DNA from: a virus
Lineage: Duplodnaviria > Caudoviricetes
Reading direction: 5' to 3' (one strand)
Virus record (IMG/VR): IMGVR_UViG_3300032269_000993
Location: 1 to 45,261 of that record
DNA: 45,261 nt
Positions 9,523 through 18,465 of the stretch are shown piece by piece. A program made the position numbers and the translations under genes. The notes under the pieces were generated by a model. It was not told the DNA's origin. It did no database searches and was given only the letters and a program-made list of their open reading frames with translations. Each line of letters opens with the position of its first letter. Position 1 is the stretch's first letter.

Positions 9523-10205
9523 GGCTGAGACCCTTTAAACGTTGTGAACTTTGTTTGCGTGGTAGTCATTTGTGTAACAAAGGTATTTGCGGCCGTAGTA
9601 ACCTGAACTTGATACGCTGGACTTACTGCGGAACCACCAGCACCAGGAGTCCAAGTAAATGTAGGCACACTACCCGCAGTTACTAAGGAATTAGCAAAGG
9701 TACCCATGTTGGTTGCCATTGTAATTAGTTCCTGCATTAACTTTATACCCATGCTCATGAATTCCATACCAGAACTTTGTAACGCTGGAGCCTGAGAAAA
9801 TTTTTGCATACATGGAATAAAAACGCAGGCATTAACGTTATGTAAGCTTCCTGACTCAGGAGCCGCAGGAATAGGAGATGACGAAGTTAACCATGAGTAT
9901 ATCTCTCTGTCTACCCAGATGACTAGTCCAACGTCACCTGGAACTATGCTAGCACTGATTGCGTGGGTTGACCCAGCCAATTGAAACACAGGGACACTTA
10001 GTAACTTGGGATACGTAGTAAACCCTGTGTTCTTGTCAAAGTATTTCACAGAGGGCTGAATATCAACGCAACTTTTGTTAGTCGCTGATACATTGACAAC
10101 TGTGGCTATGGACGCTGAGGGGGTTGAGTTTTGTTCATCGAATAAGTATCTCTTGAACTGCTCAAAGCTATCAGGTAAAAATGGGTTTATATCAGGAGTT
10201 TCCAT
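9519..10205 (-). CDS. Baseplate spike (Gp138-like N-terminal OB fold)
   Basis: VDIQP...PKLLSVPV...IVPGDVGLVIWVDREI pattern. Confidence 0.75.
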   Translation of the reverse strand: METPDINPFLPDSFEQFKRYLFDEQNSTPSASIATVVNVSATNKSCVDIQPSVKYFDKNTGFTTYPKLLSVPVFQLAGSTHAISASIVPGDVGLVIWVDREIYSWLTSSSPIPAAPESGSLHNVNACVFIPCMQKFSQAPALQSSGMEFMSMGIKLMQELITMATNMGTFANSLVTAGSVPTFTWTPGAGGSAVSPAYQVQVTTAANTFVTQMTTTQTKFTTFKGSQP

Positions 10206-10434
10206 TTGCTAAAACCTTTTGTAATTTGTCATGAAGCATATCAACGATTACTTTAACTTCATTTATTTCTTGGTCTGTCTTAAAGAATCCTGTGCTTTTC
10301 ATTGCTAACAAATACATTAGATAATCAGCACGTCTAGCTTCAATGGTCGCTGGGTTCGGTGCATACTGTTTAAATGCTTCTATGTTCTGTATTGCGTCTA
10401 CCATTGTGTTGATGTTTCTATTGTCCAATAACAT
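10192..10434 (-). CDS. Hypothetical protein inserted in the baseplate module
   Basis: Tightly packed ORF, translationally coupled. Confidence 0.55.
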   Translation of the reverse strand: MLLDNRNINTMVDAIQNIEAFKQYAPNPATIEARRADYLMYLLAMKSTGFFKTDQEINEVKVIVDMLHDKLQKVLANGNS

Positions 10435-10435
10435 T

Positions 10436-11398
10436 CTAAGCCCCTTTCGGATACAATTTTAAAGTAGTAAGCCAATCCCCGTTTCTATAGTCTCCGCTGT
10501 ATTTAATGCCGTAAACCTTGTATGACTTGTTGTTGTACTCGTAGAACTCTGTGTTCTTTATCATCACTGTTTCCGTAGGTGAAAATCTCCTAAGTAAAAC
10601 AGAGACCGTAATAAACGGGTTATTCTTATTTAACGATTTTTGAGAAAAATAGTCCACTGGGAGTAACTGAGGGCTTATGCCTTCTGCCCTAATATTTCCT
10701 ACCATTCCCGAAGTAGGGGTTATCACTTTAAGTAATCCTGTGTTTACTTCGATACTATTGTATATGTTACTTGTTATATAAATTCCATCGGAGTACTGAG
10801 AAAATTGACAAGCGTTGTCAGCGCATAACTCTGTTAATATGGTTTGCACTGATTTATTTGTTACTGAAAAAGGTGCAGTGTAAACTTTGGTCAAAAGCTC
10901 ACCGCCAATGATATTAATGGTACCATTGTAAAAAGTCTGAAGATACGAAGATATCGCAGTGCCCGATGTACCACTAGGAAAAGTGAACGAAGGTCTAGGG
11001 TAATTAAGATTAAATATTGCGTCACAGGCTACTACTTCGGTTACTAGTTCCGTGCCTACTCTGTAAGTATTGGTGTTGAACACAAGTCCCTGAAATATGA
11101 CTTCTGCGCTTGCTGAGTTATCAATACCTTCGTTAGGTTGATACCACGTCAAGAATCGAAACCCCCGTTTAGAACCAACTCCCGCAAAGTTTGCTACGGT
11201 ATCAGGGTTAAGTTGATAGAATTGAAACGTTGCAGTATTGAAACATTGTAGCCCTATGTTGTATTCAAATTGTACTTGTTCACCACCATTAATCGTTAGA
11301 TTAGGTAAGTCAACGAGAGCCCCGCCTACGATGTTAAAGAATTCTACTCGATACTTTCTATTTAATTGTGCAGTGGTTAAGTTTAGTGACGTTACCAT
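10436..11398 (-). CDS. Baseplate hub protein
   Basis: RKYRV.., YQLNPDT, IFQG.V, TPTSGMVG, YKV..IKYSGD..NGDW pattern; synteny. Confidence 0.75.
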   Translation of the reverse strand: MVTSLNLTTAQLNRKYRVEFFNIVGGALVDLPNLTINGGEQVQFEYNIGLQCFNTATFQFYQLNPDTVANFAGVGSKRGFRFLTWYQPNEGIDNSASAEVIFQGLVFNTNTYRVGTELVTEVVACDAIFNLNYPRPSFTFPSGTSGTAISSYLQTFYNGTINIIGGELLTKVYTAPFSVTNKSVQTILTELCADNACQFSQYSDGIYITSNIYNSIEVNTGLLKVITPTSGMVGNIRAEGISPQLLPVDYFSQKSLNKNNPFITVSVLLRRFSPTETVMIKNTEFYEYNNKSYKVYGIKYSGDYRNGDWLTTLKLYPKGA

Positions 11399-11401
11399 GT
11401 G

Positions 11402-11818
11402 TTACCTCGCAATACAGTATAAATTCACCCCTGCGTTAATAGTATCAAAATTCACCTGTGTCACTGTGCGCCCTGAGTTATTTACAAAGAAAAACTTGTA
11501 AGGGAACCCATTGTCTACATCGTTTATGTAGCTATCTAGGACACATTTGAAAGAACCAAAGTACACTGTCTTTCTATCAACGCTGTAGCAACTAATGTAA
11601 CAGACGTTGGACAATAAAGTAGGGTCATTGGTCAAATAGTAATCTGGGGAAAGTTCCACAGTGTTTAAGTTAAAGTAGACTACATAGGAAACCCCAGCTA
11701 CTTGGATTACCACTTCTTTCTCTGTTATTCCTGTGGGGAAAGTCAAAGGTATGTAGTAAGCAGATTTTCCCGTAGTGTTAGCCTGTGAGGTCGATGTAAG
11801 CGGCGGTGCTATACTCAC
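11402..11818 (-). CDS. Baseplate protein (plug-like)
   Basis: Position between tube initiator and hub. Confidence 0.5.
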   Translation of the reverse strand: MSIAPPLTSTSQANTTGKSAYYIPLTFPTGITEKEVVIQVAGVSYVVYFNLNTVELSPDYYLTNDPTLLSNVCYISCYSVDRKTVYFGSFKCVLDSYINDVDNGFPYKFFFVNNSGRTVTQVNFDTINAGVNLYCIAR

Positions 11819-12408
11819 GTCGGTATACTCCCTGAATAAGGTTGAGCATTTGAGAACGAAGCGCTGCTTTGTCCCGTTGTTGTGACTATGTTAATTTGTT
11901 TCAGGGAAAGTTGAAACCTTATTGCAGTCTTACCTATGGCATTGTTCCTAGGGATAACTAGTTCTTCTATGGCCATGTTATCAAGTTTAAGGTAGCTTTT
12001 ACCAAAGAGTAACCCAGTGGTCACAGTAAGCCCTACCTTTGCTTCATAGGCGTCAATAAGTAACTGGGTAGCACTACCTAGCTGACTAAAGTTTAAGTGT
12101 CCTAAGATTAACGAAGGTGTCATACTTGTAAGGTACCCAGTTAAATTTAACATCTTAGGTAACTTTATAATAGCGTCGGTAACGCTGACACCATTTTGAA
12201 CGGGGTTCTCTGTTATTTTGTTTCTTAGTATCAATGCTTCTTCGACTGAGGCACTCATACCATTGGAGTAATTGATACCAGAGTTACCAGCGGCCGTAAG
12301 TTCCAGAGGGTTCGTTGGTGTTACATCGTAACCAGTGAAATAGATTCCTAGCTTTGTTGTTGGCGTATACCACCAAGATAAATAGAATGACGAAATATCA
12401 GCGGCCAC
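11815..12408 (-). CDS. Tail tube initiator / Dit-like baseplate protein
   Basis: ITENPVQNGVSVTDAII.LP..LNLTG and LTVTTG...NMAI motifs; follows tape measure. Confidence 0.75.
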   Translation of the reverse strand: MAADISSFYLSWWYTPTTKLGIYFTGYDVTPTNPLELTAAGNSGINYSNGMSASVEEALILRNKITENPVQNGVSVTDAIIKLPKMLNLTGYLTSMTPSLILGHLNFSQLGSATQLLIDAYEAKVGLTVTTGLLFGKSYLKLDNMAIEELVIPRNNAIGKTAIRFQLSLKQINIVTTTGQSSASFSNAQPYSGSIPT

Positions 12409-12409
12409 A

Positions 12410-13624
12410 TTAGCCTCCTACTTTAGCCCTAGAGGCGTTTTGATTGTTTTTATATTGACTCATTGGTGTCGGTGTAACTGCATTGATTACAGAGTTACCT
12501 ATCTTACCTAATGTATTTAGAGCACCACCAGCCGTGTCAGCAACGGTATCAGAGAGCGAAGTTTTCCCCGTAACAAGGTCACTTAGTCCAGAGACACTAT
12601 TGGCAACCAGTGTGACCGCTTGTGCCTTGACGTCCATGTATTTAATAACACCTTGAGTAGCTAACGATGTACTTAGTGCTTTGTCAATGGCAGCCTGCAT
12701 TTTCTGTGTGGCTCCCTTGAACTCAACGAAAGCGCTTCGCCATTCGTCGCCACTTTGCATACCACCACGTACGCCTGATACTTGGTCTGCCATGTTTGCA
12801 ACGTTAGCGCTACCTATGTGATTTAGACCATATTGCAAGTTCTCGCTGATACCTAGACCACTTTTAACCGTTGAAGCTAAGCCAGCGGGTAAACTTTGTG
12901 TTGCTTTGTTTAACTGCGCATTCAAGTCATACGCTGTGGCCATTGGGTCATACTTAGCTTTTCTTTGTATCTCCATGGGATTGATACCTAGAGCCATGAA
13001 CATCATAGCCTTTTGGTCACTCATACCAAAGAGAAGCTCTTGCTGCAAAGATTTACCTGCGGCTACAACTTCCTGCAACGAGGTACCCGCCAATTGGGCT
13101 TGGTTACTCAATTTATATATTTGGTCTACTGACCTACCTGTTGCCTGTGAAAGTTTGTGTAGGTCAAGTTCTCTCTCAAATTTATCGGCCATTTTGTTTT
13201 GCAATGATTCCATTAGGGATACTATGCCTGCAACGAGACCTGAGACAGCTAAACCCACAGCGGCACCAATGGCACCCCCTGTCATAGTTCCACCGCCAAC
13301 GGCCATGGTTTTAGCTACGGACTCAGCATTGTCTCCTAGGTCTTTGTCAGCGGCTTTCTTACCATACTTATTCATATAGTCTTGACGAAGCACCGTGTAA
13401 ATTTGTTTTAAGTAACCTTCGGAACGATTCAACGTTTTCAACACAGGGCTTTGGCCAGAATCAGTAGCCATTGAACTTTGGGAGCTGCTTCCAGTTATTT
13501 GTTCCCTAGACTTCATTCCATCTGATTTAAGCTGAGTTACCTTTTTCTTTATCTCTTGGTATTCAGTGTCATCTACTTTCAGGGATACCTTGACCAATAA
13601 TTCGTCTAATTCGCTAGCCATCAT
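12410..13624 (-). CDS. Tape measure protein (short, 404 aa)
   Basis: ELDELLVKVSLKVD N-terminus, helical with a Gly/Ala hydrophobic stretch; follows the tail chaperones. Confidence 0.75.
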   Translation of the reverse strand: MMASELDELLVKVSLKVDDTEYQEIKKKVTQLKSDGMKSREQITGSSSQSSMATDSGQSPVLKTLNRSEGYLKQIYTVLRQDYMNKYGKKAADKDLGDNAESVAKTMAVGGGTMTGGAIGAAVGLAVSGLVAGIVSLMESLQNKMADKFERELDLHKLSQATGRSVDQIYKLSNQAQLAGTSLQEVVAAGKSLQQELLFGMSDQKAMMFMALGINPMEIQRKAKYDPMATAYDLNAQLNKATQSLPAGLASTVKSGLGISENLQYGLNHIGSANVANMADQVSGVRGGMQSGDEWRSAFVEFKGATQKMQAAIDKALSTSLATQGVIKYMDVKAQAVTLVANSVSGLSDLVTGKTSLSDTVADTAGGALNTLGKIGNSVINAVTPTPMSQYKNNQNASRAKVGG

Positions 13625-13871
13625 TTACCTCGGTTACTGTGTTAATGTAGGTCATGTAGTCAACGAGTGTCCAATGATTCATGATATCCTTGTAGTGACC
13701 CATACCCCTAGCACTTAACATCATTGCTACTTTCGAAATATCCATAGTGATTTTCTTTTTACTGGTTCCGTTTCCTTCGATTTCTTTGGATTCTCTGGCT
13801 CTATTTCTTGCGCTACGGAACGAACTCCAATCGCCAGAAGAGTCATGACTTCTCTGGCACGTGAAAAAAAA
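13614..13871 (-). CDS. -1 frameshift extension of the tail chaperone (gpT-like)
   Basis: GGT TTT TTT TCA at 13873-13862; the -1 frame is open (FTCQRS...HYKDIMNHWTLVDYMTYINTVTEVNDG) to TAG at 13616-13614, overlapping the tape measure start. Confidence 0.75.
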   Translation of the reverse strand, partial: FFFTCQRSHDSSGDWSSFRSARNRARESKEIEGNGTSKKKITMDISKVAMMLSARGMGHYKDIMNHWTLVDYMTYINTVTEVNDG

Positions 13872-14188
13872 CCAAAGTTAAACTCAAGGAACTTCCCAAG
13901 CAATGGAACAAAGTCATGGTAGTTGTCTTCAATATCCTCAAGCTCTAAGGCTCTGGGTTTCCCATTACTTCCTGTTATTGTTACATATTCACAAAGTGTT
14001 TGTTGTAAAAAATCGATATCATGGGGCTTAAGGTCTAAGAAGAAACTAAATTCTCCTAAGCTAATCTTTGTCATCGAGTTCATAACAAAGGGTAACAATT
14101 TGTTCGCAGTAGACAGGTTTACTCGTCTAAATGTTGCGGTTAGCTCACCTATACGGCAAGTCTTAATATCATTGGAATCTACGGTCAT
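13727..14188 (-). CDS. Tail assembly chaperone (gpG-like)
   Basis: Between tube and tape measure; LEFNFGFF followed by a slippery T8 run. Confidence 0.75.
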   Translation of the reverse strand: MTVDSNDIKTCRIGELTATFRRVNLSTANKLLPFVMNSMTKISLGEFSFFLDLKPHDIDFLQQTLCEYVTITGSNGKPRALELEDIEDNYHDFVPLLGKFLEFNFGFFSRAREVMTLLAIGVRSVAQEIEPENPKKSKETEPVKRKSLWIFRK

Positions 14189-14232
14189 ATCAAGTCCTTT
14201 CTCATTGTGTCCTTTCCTATGCTAATTTAGTA

Positions 14233-14261
14233 TTGACTATGGGACAAGGTAAAACTAAGAT
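14233..14261 (+). promoter_or_regulatory. Sigma70-type promoter for the 14322 gene
   Basis: TTGACT-17 nt-TAAGAT, followed by hairpin GTGAGCTAGG/CCTAGTTCAC (14268-14300). Confidence 0.6.
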
Positions 14262-14321
14262 AACTGTGTGAGCTAGGTTTCTTGTCCTTTCCTAGTTCAC
14301 GCTCCAAGATACAAGGACTCT

Positions 14322-14759
14322 ATGATGACAACCCCCATTGCAGTACAAAGATTATTCCTCGAATTACGTGGCAACTTCGCTAACGTTAAAATTAATATAG
14401 TCCAAGTTAAAACTGTATTCTGCAACTCCTTTGAAATCGAGTTAAATTTACCTCGTGGACAAAGTTACGCAGAGGACGTATTTGACTACATTTACAATGT
14501 ATTTGACAACCAACGAGCCTTTGAGTCTAAGGAACTGTTTGCAGCGTTCACAAGGGAGATTCGTAACTGGGACTACAAGTACGTCGTTGAGGTCACAGAC
14601 CTAATTAAACAAGGTTATCAAAGTTTACTTACCATTGGTATTGAGTACTTCTCAAGGTCACTTGGTATCAAACACCCCGATGCTAACTATGCTCACAGGG
14701 TGATGGAACGTGACAAGAAGCAACTGAGAGAACGATTACTCAAGATGAGTGGCCACTGA
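14322..14759 (+). CDS. Hypothetical protein, counter-oriented moron in the tail module
   Basis: 145-aa ORF with AAGGA RBS and its own promoter; fills an otherwise empty gap. Confidence 0.7.
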   Translation: MMTTPIAVQRLFLELRGNFANVKINIVQVKTVFCNSFEIELNLPRGQSYAEDVFDYIYNVFDNQRAFESKELFAAFTREIRNWDYKYVVEVTDLIKQGYQSLLTIGIEYFSRSLGIKHPDANYAHRVMERDKKQLRERLLKMSGH

Positions 14760-15070
14760 AACCTACTGTGAAAGTCCCCACCTCCTTTCTCCAAAAGTGC
14801 TCTTTTTTATTTTTTTATTTTTTATATTAAATATATAGAAATAGTCACAGTATTTTAGAAGACGAGTAAAATAGCGGGTTTTACCTCTACAATGACTGTG
14901 AACCCACTGTGAGCCTGTTTTTGTTATTCAATATTATCAAGGTTAAATAAAATTGGTATTTTGATAAGAACTGTGAAGTGACTGTAAAACTTGTCTGACA
15001 ATAAAGCTACCCTGTCACAGGATTGATAACATTGAACAAGTATAGCTTTAATAAAATGATAAAAGCTGTT
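14760..15070. repeat. Origin-like element copy A (ACTGTGA repeats and AT tract)
   Basis: ACTGTGA/TCACAGT at 14765, 14845, 14895, 14906, 14970 plus variants; T-rich tract 14801-14840; homologous to 27600-27900. Confidence 0.7.
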
Positions 15071-15073
15071 ACC

Positions 15074-15499
15074 TTAAGCTCTGATAACATTGTGAAGAAA
15101 CAACTGATACGTTCTAACCATATCTGCGGTGTTATTGGAGTAGTTATCTTGGCTATGGCGTATAAAGTGTGAATTCGCAGACGCCGATGTGTCCGATGGG
15201 TCACTGATATTCACTGATGAAAATGGTACATAGAGACCACTAGTTTGAAACAATATTGCAGCGGCACGAAGTAACTTGTAACTAGGGTTATCATAGTAAA
15301 CTCTTATTGTCGCAGTAGCAGTGTTATTTGAGGTCATAGTAGCATGTACTTCGCCATCAGAGCCACTTTCTACGCTAGCAATATCTGCGTTAGGGTTGAT
15401 ATCAAGGTAAGTGCCACCAGCGTAACCAGAGACAATGACGCCCCCTACTGTGATTACGTGGTTCTGTGGGGAAAATGGAGGTCTTGATACGTTAGCCAT
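15074..15499 (-). CDS. Tail tube protein (DUF3277-like)
   Basis: FSPQN..ITVGG..VSGYAGGTYLDI...GSDGE pattern; follows sheath. Confidence 0.8.
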   Translation of the reverse strand: MANVSRPPFSPQNHVITVGGVIVSGYAGGTYLDINPNADIASVESGSDGEVHATMTSNNTATATIRVYYDNPSYKLLRAAAILFQTSGLYVPFSSVNISDPSDTSASANSHFIRHSQDNYSNNTADMVRTYQLFLHNVIRA

Positions 15500-15511
15500 A
15501 GTAGTTATCCT

Positions 15512-16699
15512 TTATATACTAATGTTACAGTTAACTGCGAGTCTTTGAATTCTGGACAAGTAGGTTAAGTTTGCAGACAGACTTTGATAAATTCTGTTAG
15601 CTACGTCTTGAACTGGTACCTGTGACTTGTTTAGGTAAATAATATCTGAGTTCTTAAATGGCAAAATAACTTTGTTTAACACAGCCTTATTTAGGGAACC
15701 CTTGAACGCTGCCACAAGTAACTGAATACCTGAGTCATCATAAAGTAAGCCACCAAGTGGTTGCTGGTTAACAAGTACATTGGCCAAGTCAGCTTGGACA
15801 GTTAACTGAATATAGTCGGCTCCTACGATTTGGTCTAAGTAAACTTGGGTCGCTGCTTTAGATGAGGACGCGTATCCATATTGAACTAAGGCTAATCCAG
15901 CGTTACCAAATAACGGGTAAACATTGTTATTCGTAGGAATTAAGCCCACAGTGGTACCAGGAATACCCATAGCAGACGTGGTGATTGTAGAGTCTCCTGG
16001 AATACTTTGTAACTGCATACCTGAGATAGACTTTAACCCTATGGACGATGTAAACAAGTTCGTGAAGTATGCACCCATGCTCGCAGCGGCTAAGGACACA
16101 GGTTGCGATGTAGACCCTGCAATCGGCGTTAAATTCTGTGCATGGTTAAAGATGTAAAGGTCATTGGAACCTCCAGCCGTTTGAATCGTAGCCGCAATGG
16201 TACCACTGTCAGCAACGTCCATAAACATTTTCTTAGGGTTAACTAAGGCACGTTGTGAAACAAGAGCAGCAGACCAACCATTGGCCTGAGTAACCTGAGT
16301 AGCTGTGATTGCGTCGGCTACATAGAAGGCATAGGGTATATTGTTACTATTGAATATAGTCTGTAACGCTGTTACGTAGTTGGTCAAAGTAGGGTCAAGG
16401 CACGATACAACTAAGTTAGTCGGTGTCGGTAACTGTGCAAAGAATACGCTAGCAGCATTTAGTAACCATTGATAACGATTATCTTGCAACGCTGTACCAG
16501 TTATTTTGGAACTAAAGTCTGCGGATATCTGAGCATACGATGTGTAAGTATATGTTAAATTAGTACCCCAAGCCGCAGGTTTTGACGCTGGTGGGAATAC
16601 ACCAATTATCATGCAACCATTGAAGCTTGGTGCTTGGTTTACTGTGGTATTCACAAGTACATTGACTTGCGATAACCATGATAAATTCACTGAACTCAT
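15512..16699 (-). CDS. Tail sheath protein (DUF3383-like)
   Basis: AASVFFAQ.P.P, YLDQIVGADYIQ, YDDSGIQLL motifs. Confidence 0.85.
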   Translation of the reverse strand: MSSVNLSWLSQVNVLVNTTVNQAPSFNGCMIIGVFPPASKPAAWGTNLTYTYTSYAQISADFSSKITGTALQDNRYQWLLNAASVFFAQLPTPTNLVVSCLDPTLTNYVTALQTIFNSNNIPYAFYVADAITATQVTQANGWSAALVSQRALVNPKKMFMDVADSGTIAATIQTAGGSNDLYIFNHAQNLTPIAGSTSQPVSLAAASMGAYFTNLFTSSIGLKSISGMQLQSIPGDSTITTSAMGIPGTTVGLIPTNNNVYPLFGNAGLALVQYGYASSSKAATQVYLDQIVGADYIQLTVQADLANVLVNQQPLGGLLYDDSGIQLLVAAFKGSLNKAVLNKVILPFKNSDIIYLNKSQVPVQDVANRIYQSLSANLTYLSRIQRLAVNCNISI

Positions 16700-16710
16700 T
16701 GAGTCGTCTC

Positions 16711-17601
16711 CTATTGAATGCTAAGGCTCCAAGCGACTTTGTTAATCGTTGTTGCCGTTGAATCTGTTAACTCTGTTATGAAGCTAAAATCTATAGTGCA
16801 ATCAGCGTGGAATATACTCCTATTCTCATATAGTTCCTCGTACACTGTGTTTGTTGACCCTGTGCTACTTAGATATGCTAATTTGTTACTGGCAGAGATG
16901 TAAGGGGAATTAGTTATCTTGATTAAAAATGTTTCCAGTAAGGACAAAGCTTCTATTTTATCGTAGGCATAGAACCCATAGTTTACTTTAAGTACGTGGG
17001 ATTTACTGTAAGCCATTGCTTGGCGAGTGTCGTCATAGTATTTGTAATTAGTGTTATCCACGTTATCAATGCCAACTATGTTAACTACGCAATAAGGGAA
17101 CAAAGGTCTAAGTTCTTGTTGAAATGCCCATAGCGCTGTCAGTCCCGTAGTATCCTTTGCAAGCTTAACTAGGTTAAACAGTGGGGCAAATTGTGAATCA
17201 AACTGTGGATATGGTATCGAAATAGCCGTACCGTTGTAAGTTATTCTATTGTCCCTACATAGTATTGTTTCAATGTGGTTGGTTGACAATACCGTGAAAG
17301 CTTTGTAATTAAGGTCTGTGACAATTTTGTACACAAGGTTATCATTGATAATATAGTTAGACAAAGATACCCCTGTTACATCAGCGGATATATCGTAATC
17401 TGTGTATACACTGATATAGTCCGAGTAGTGTGTACCTTCCTTCATAAATTTGAGACCAGACTTAGCCAGTGGCTGCACAGACGCCCAGATAGAACTTAGC
17501 GTATACGATGGTAATATTGCGTAACCATTGTCATCATAGGTGACCATTTGTCCACCAAAGGATACAAGGGTTACAGGTTTCAAAAAGTCTGCGCTAATCA
17601 T
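16711..17601 (-). CDS. Head-closure plus tail-terminator fusion protein
   Basis: N-half ASVQP..L..MKEG...VYT (head-closure-like); C-half QQ.LRP.FPYCVVNI...YENR (neck/tail-terminator-like). Confidence 0.55.
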   Translation of the reverse strand: MISADFLKPVTLVSFGGQMVTYDDNGYAILPSYTLSSIWASVQPLAKSGLKFMKEGTHYSDYISVYTDYDISADVTGVSLSNYIINDNLVYKIVTDLNYKAFTVLSTNHIETILCRDNRITYNGTAISIPYPQFDSQFAPLFNLVKLAKDTTGLTALWAFQQELRPLFPYCVVNIVGIDNVDNTNYKYYDDTRQAMAYSKSHVLKVNYGFYAYDKIEALSLLETFLIKITNSPYISASNKLAYLSSTGSTNTVYEELYENRSIFHADCTIDFSFITELTDSTATTINKVAWSLSIQ

Positions 17602-18061
17602 TAGACTGCACCTTATACGTTATTGCGTTAATCATTTGACCACTGTCAACCAACGGTTTCGATGACCCTTTTCGAATAACAGTTAACGGAGAGTTCGCAG
17701 GTGAAATACCCGCTGCGATTTCCTCCTTAATTAATCCAACGATATACGTTCCAAGTAATGGATGAAAATGCTCAGGGGACTTAAGTAAAATCTGCTTCGC
17801 TTTGTCTAAGATATCTCTGCGTCTCTTTGTGAAAGTACCGCGGATAAAAGGTCTGCTTGGTGTTCTCTCAGTACCCTTTTCGTTCCAGTTGGCTACTTCA
17901 CCCACAGTGATTGACTTAGAAACAGAGAAGCGTTGTTTACCTTGAGTCTTAACATTTGCAGGTACGACACGCACGAGCTTCTTTTGCTCACCTTCGGAAC
18001 CATGAATCCCGATGGTTATTGATTTACCTTCTAATTGTTTCAGCGTGTCCAATAAACTCAA
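17594..18061 (-). CDS. Neck/tail-completion protein
   Basis: VANWNEKGT..PSRPFIR and PANSPLT..RKGSSKPLVDSGQMINAITY motifs. Confidence 0.8.
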   Translation of the reverse strand: MSLLDTLKQLEGKSITIGIHGSEGEQKKLVRVVPANVKTQGKQRFSVSKSITVGEVANWNEKGTERTPSRPFIRGTFTKRRRDILDKAKQILLKSPEHFHPLLGTYIVGLIKEEIAAGISPANSPLTVIRKGSSKPLVDSGQMINAITYKVQSND

Positions 18062-18465
18062 AGATACGTACCCCCTGCGCTAACAAAGCCACCATAGAGA
18101 ATAGCTAAGCGTCTTTGTAAACTTAGATACATGCGACCATACTTTGTGGTTTTAAACTCTTCCTCGAACATGTTGTTACCTGGTGACACCGCAAAGCTAC
18201 GAGACACCGCAGCCGTAGAATCAGAGCTAACAACGGCACCAGAGGTACTTACTACAGGGAGTTCCATGTAATACAGGTAGTGACCAAGTAAACTCATGAA
18301 TCCATTAGTATACAATGTTCCCCAGTCCGTAGGTTCGATGATACCTTTGGCTTGGATATCATCAATCCAGAATTGTATACGAGGTGCAGTGAGGTACGAT
18401 ATAAGCTTGTCCCCCAAGAAATACGACTGCACATCGGCCACAGTTGGGGGAATATTAACTGCCAT
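18058..18465 (-). CDS. Head-tail adaptor (DUF4054-like)
   Basis: LLGHYL, VSRSF, TTKYGRMYL motifs. Confidence 0.75.
   Translation of the reverse strand: MAVNIPPTVADVQSYFLGDKLISYLTAPRIQFWIDDIQAKGIIEPTDWGTLYTNGFMSLLGHYLYYMELPVVSTSGAVVSSDSTAAVSRSFAVSPGNNMFEEEFKTTKYGRMYLSLQRRLAILYGGFVSAGGTYL

Noticed and set aside
14760-15070. CRISPR array or att site
   Set aside because: Repeats are 7 bp with irregular spacing; no cas or integrase genes seen
15007-15204. ORFs 15007..15204 and 27792..27983 sharing FNVINPVT
   Set aside because: By-product of the 26-bp non-coding identity; no RBS, and the first overlaps the tube gene
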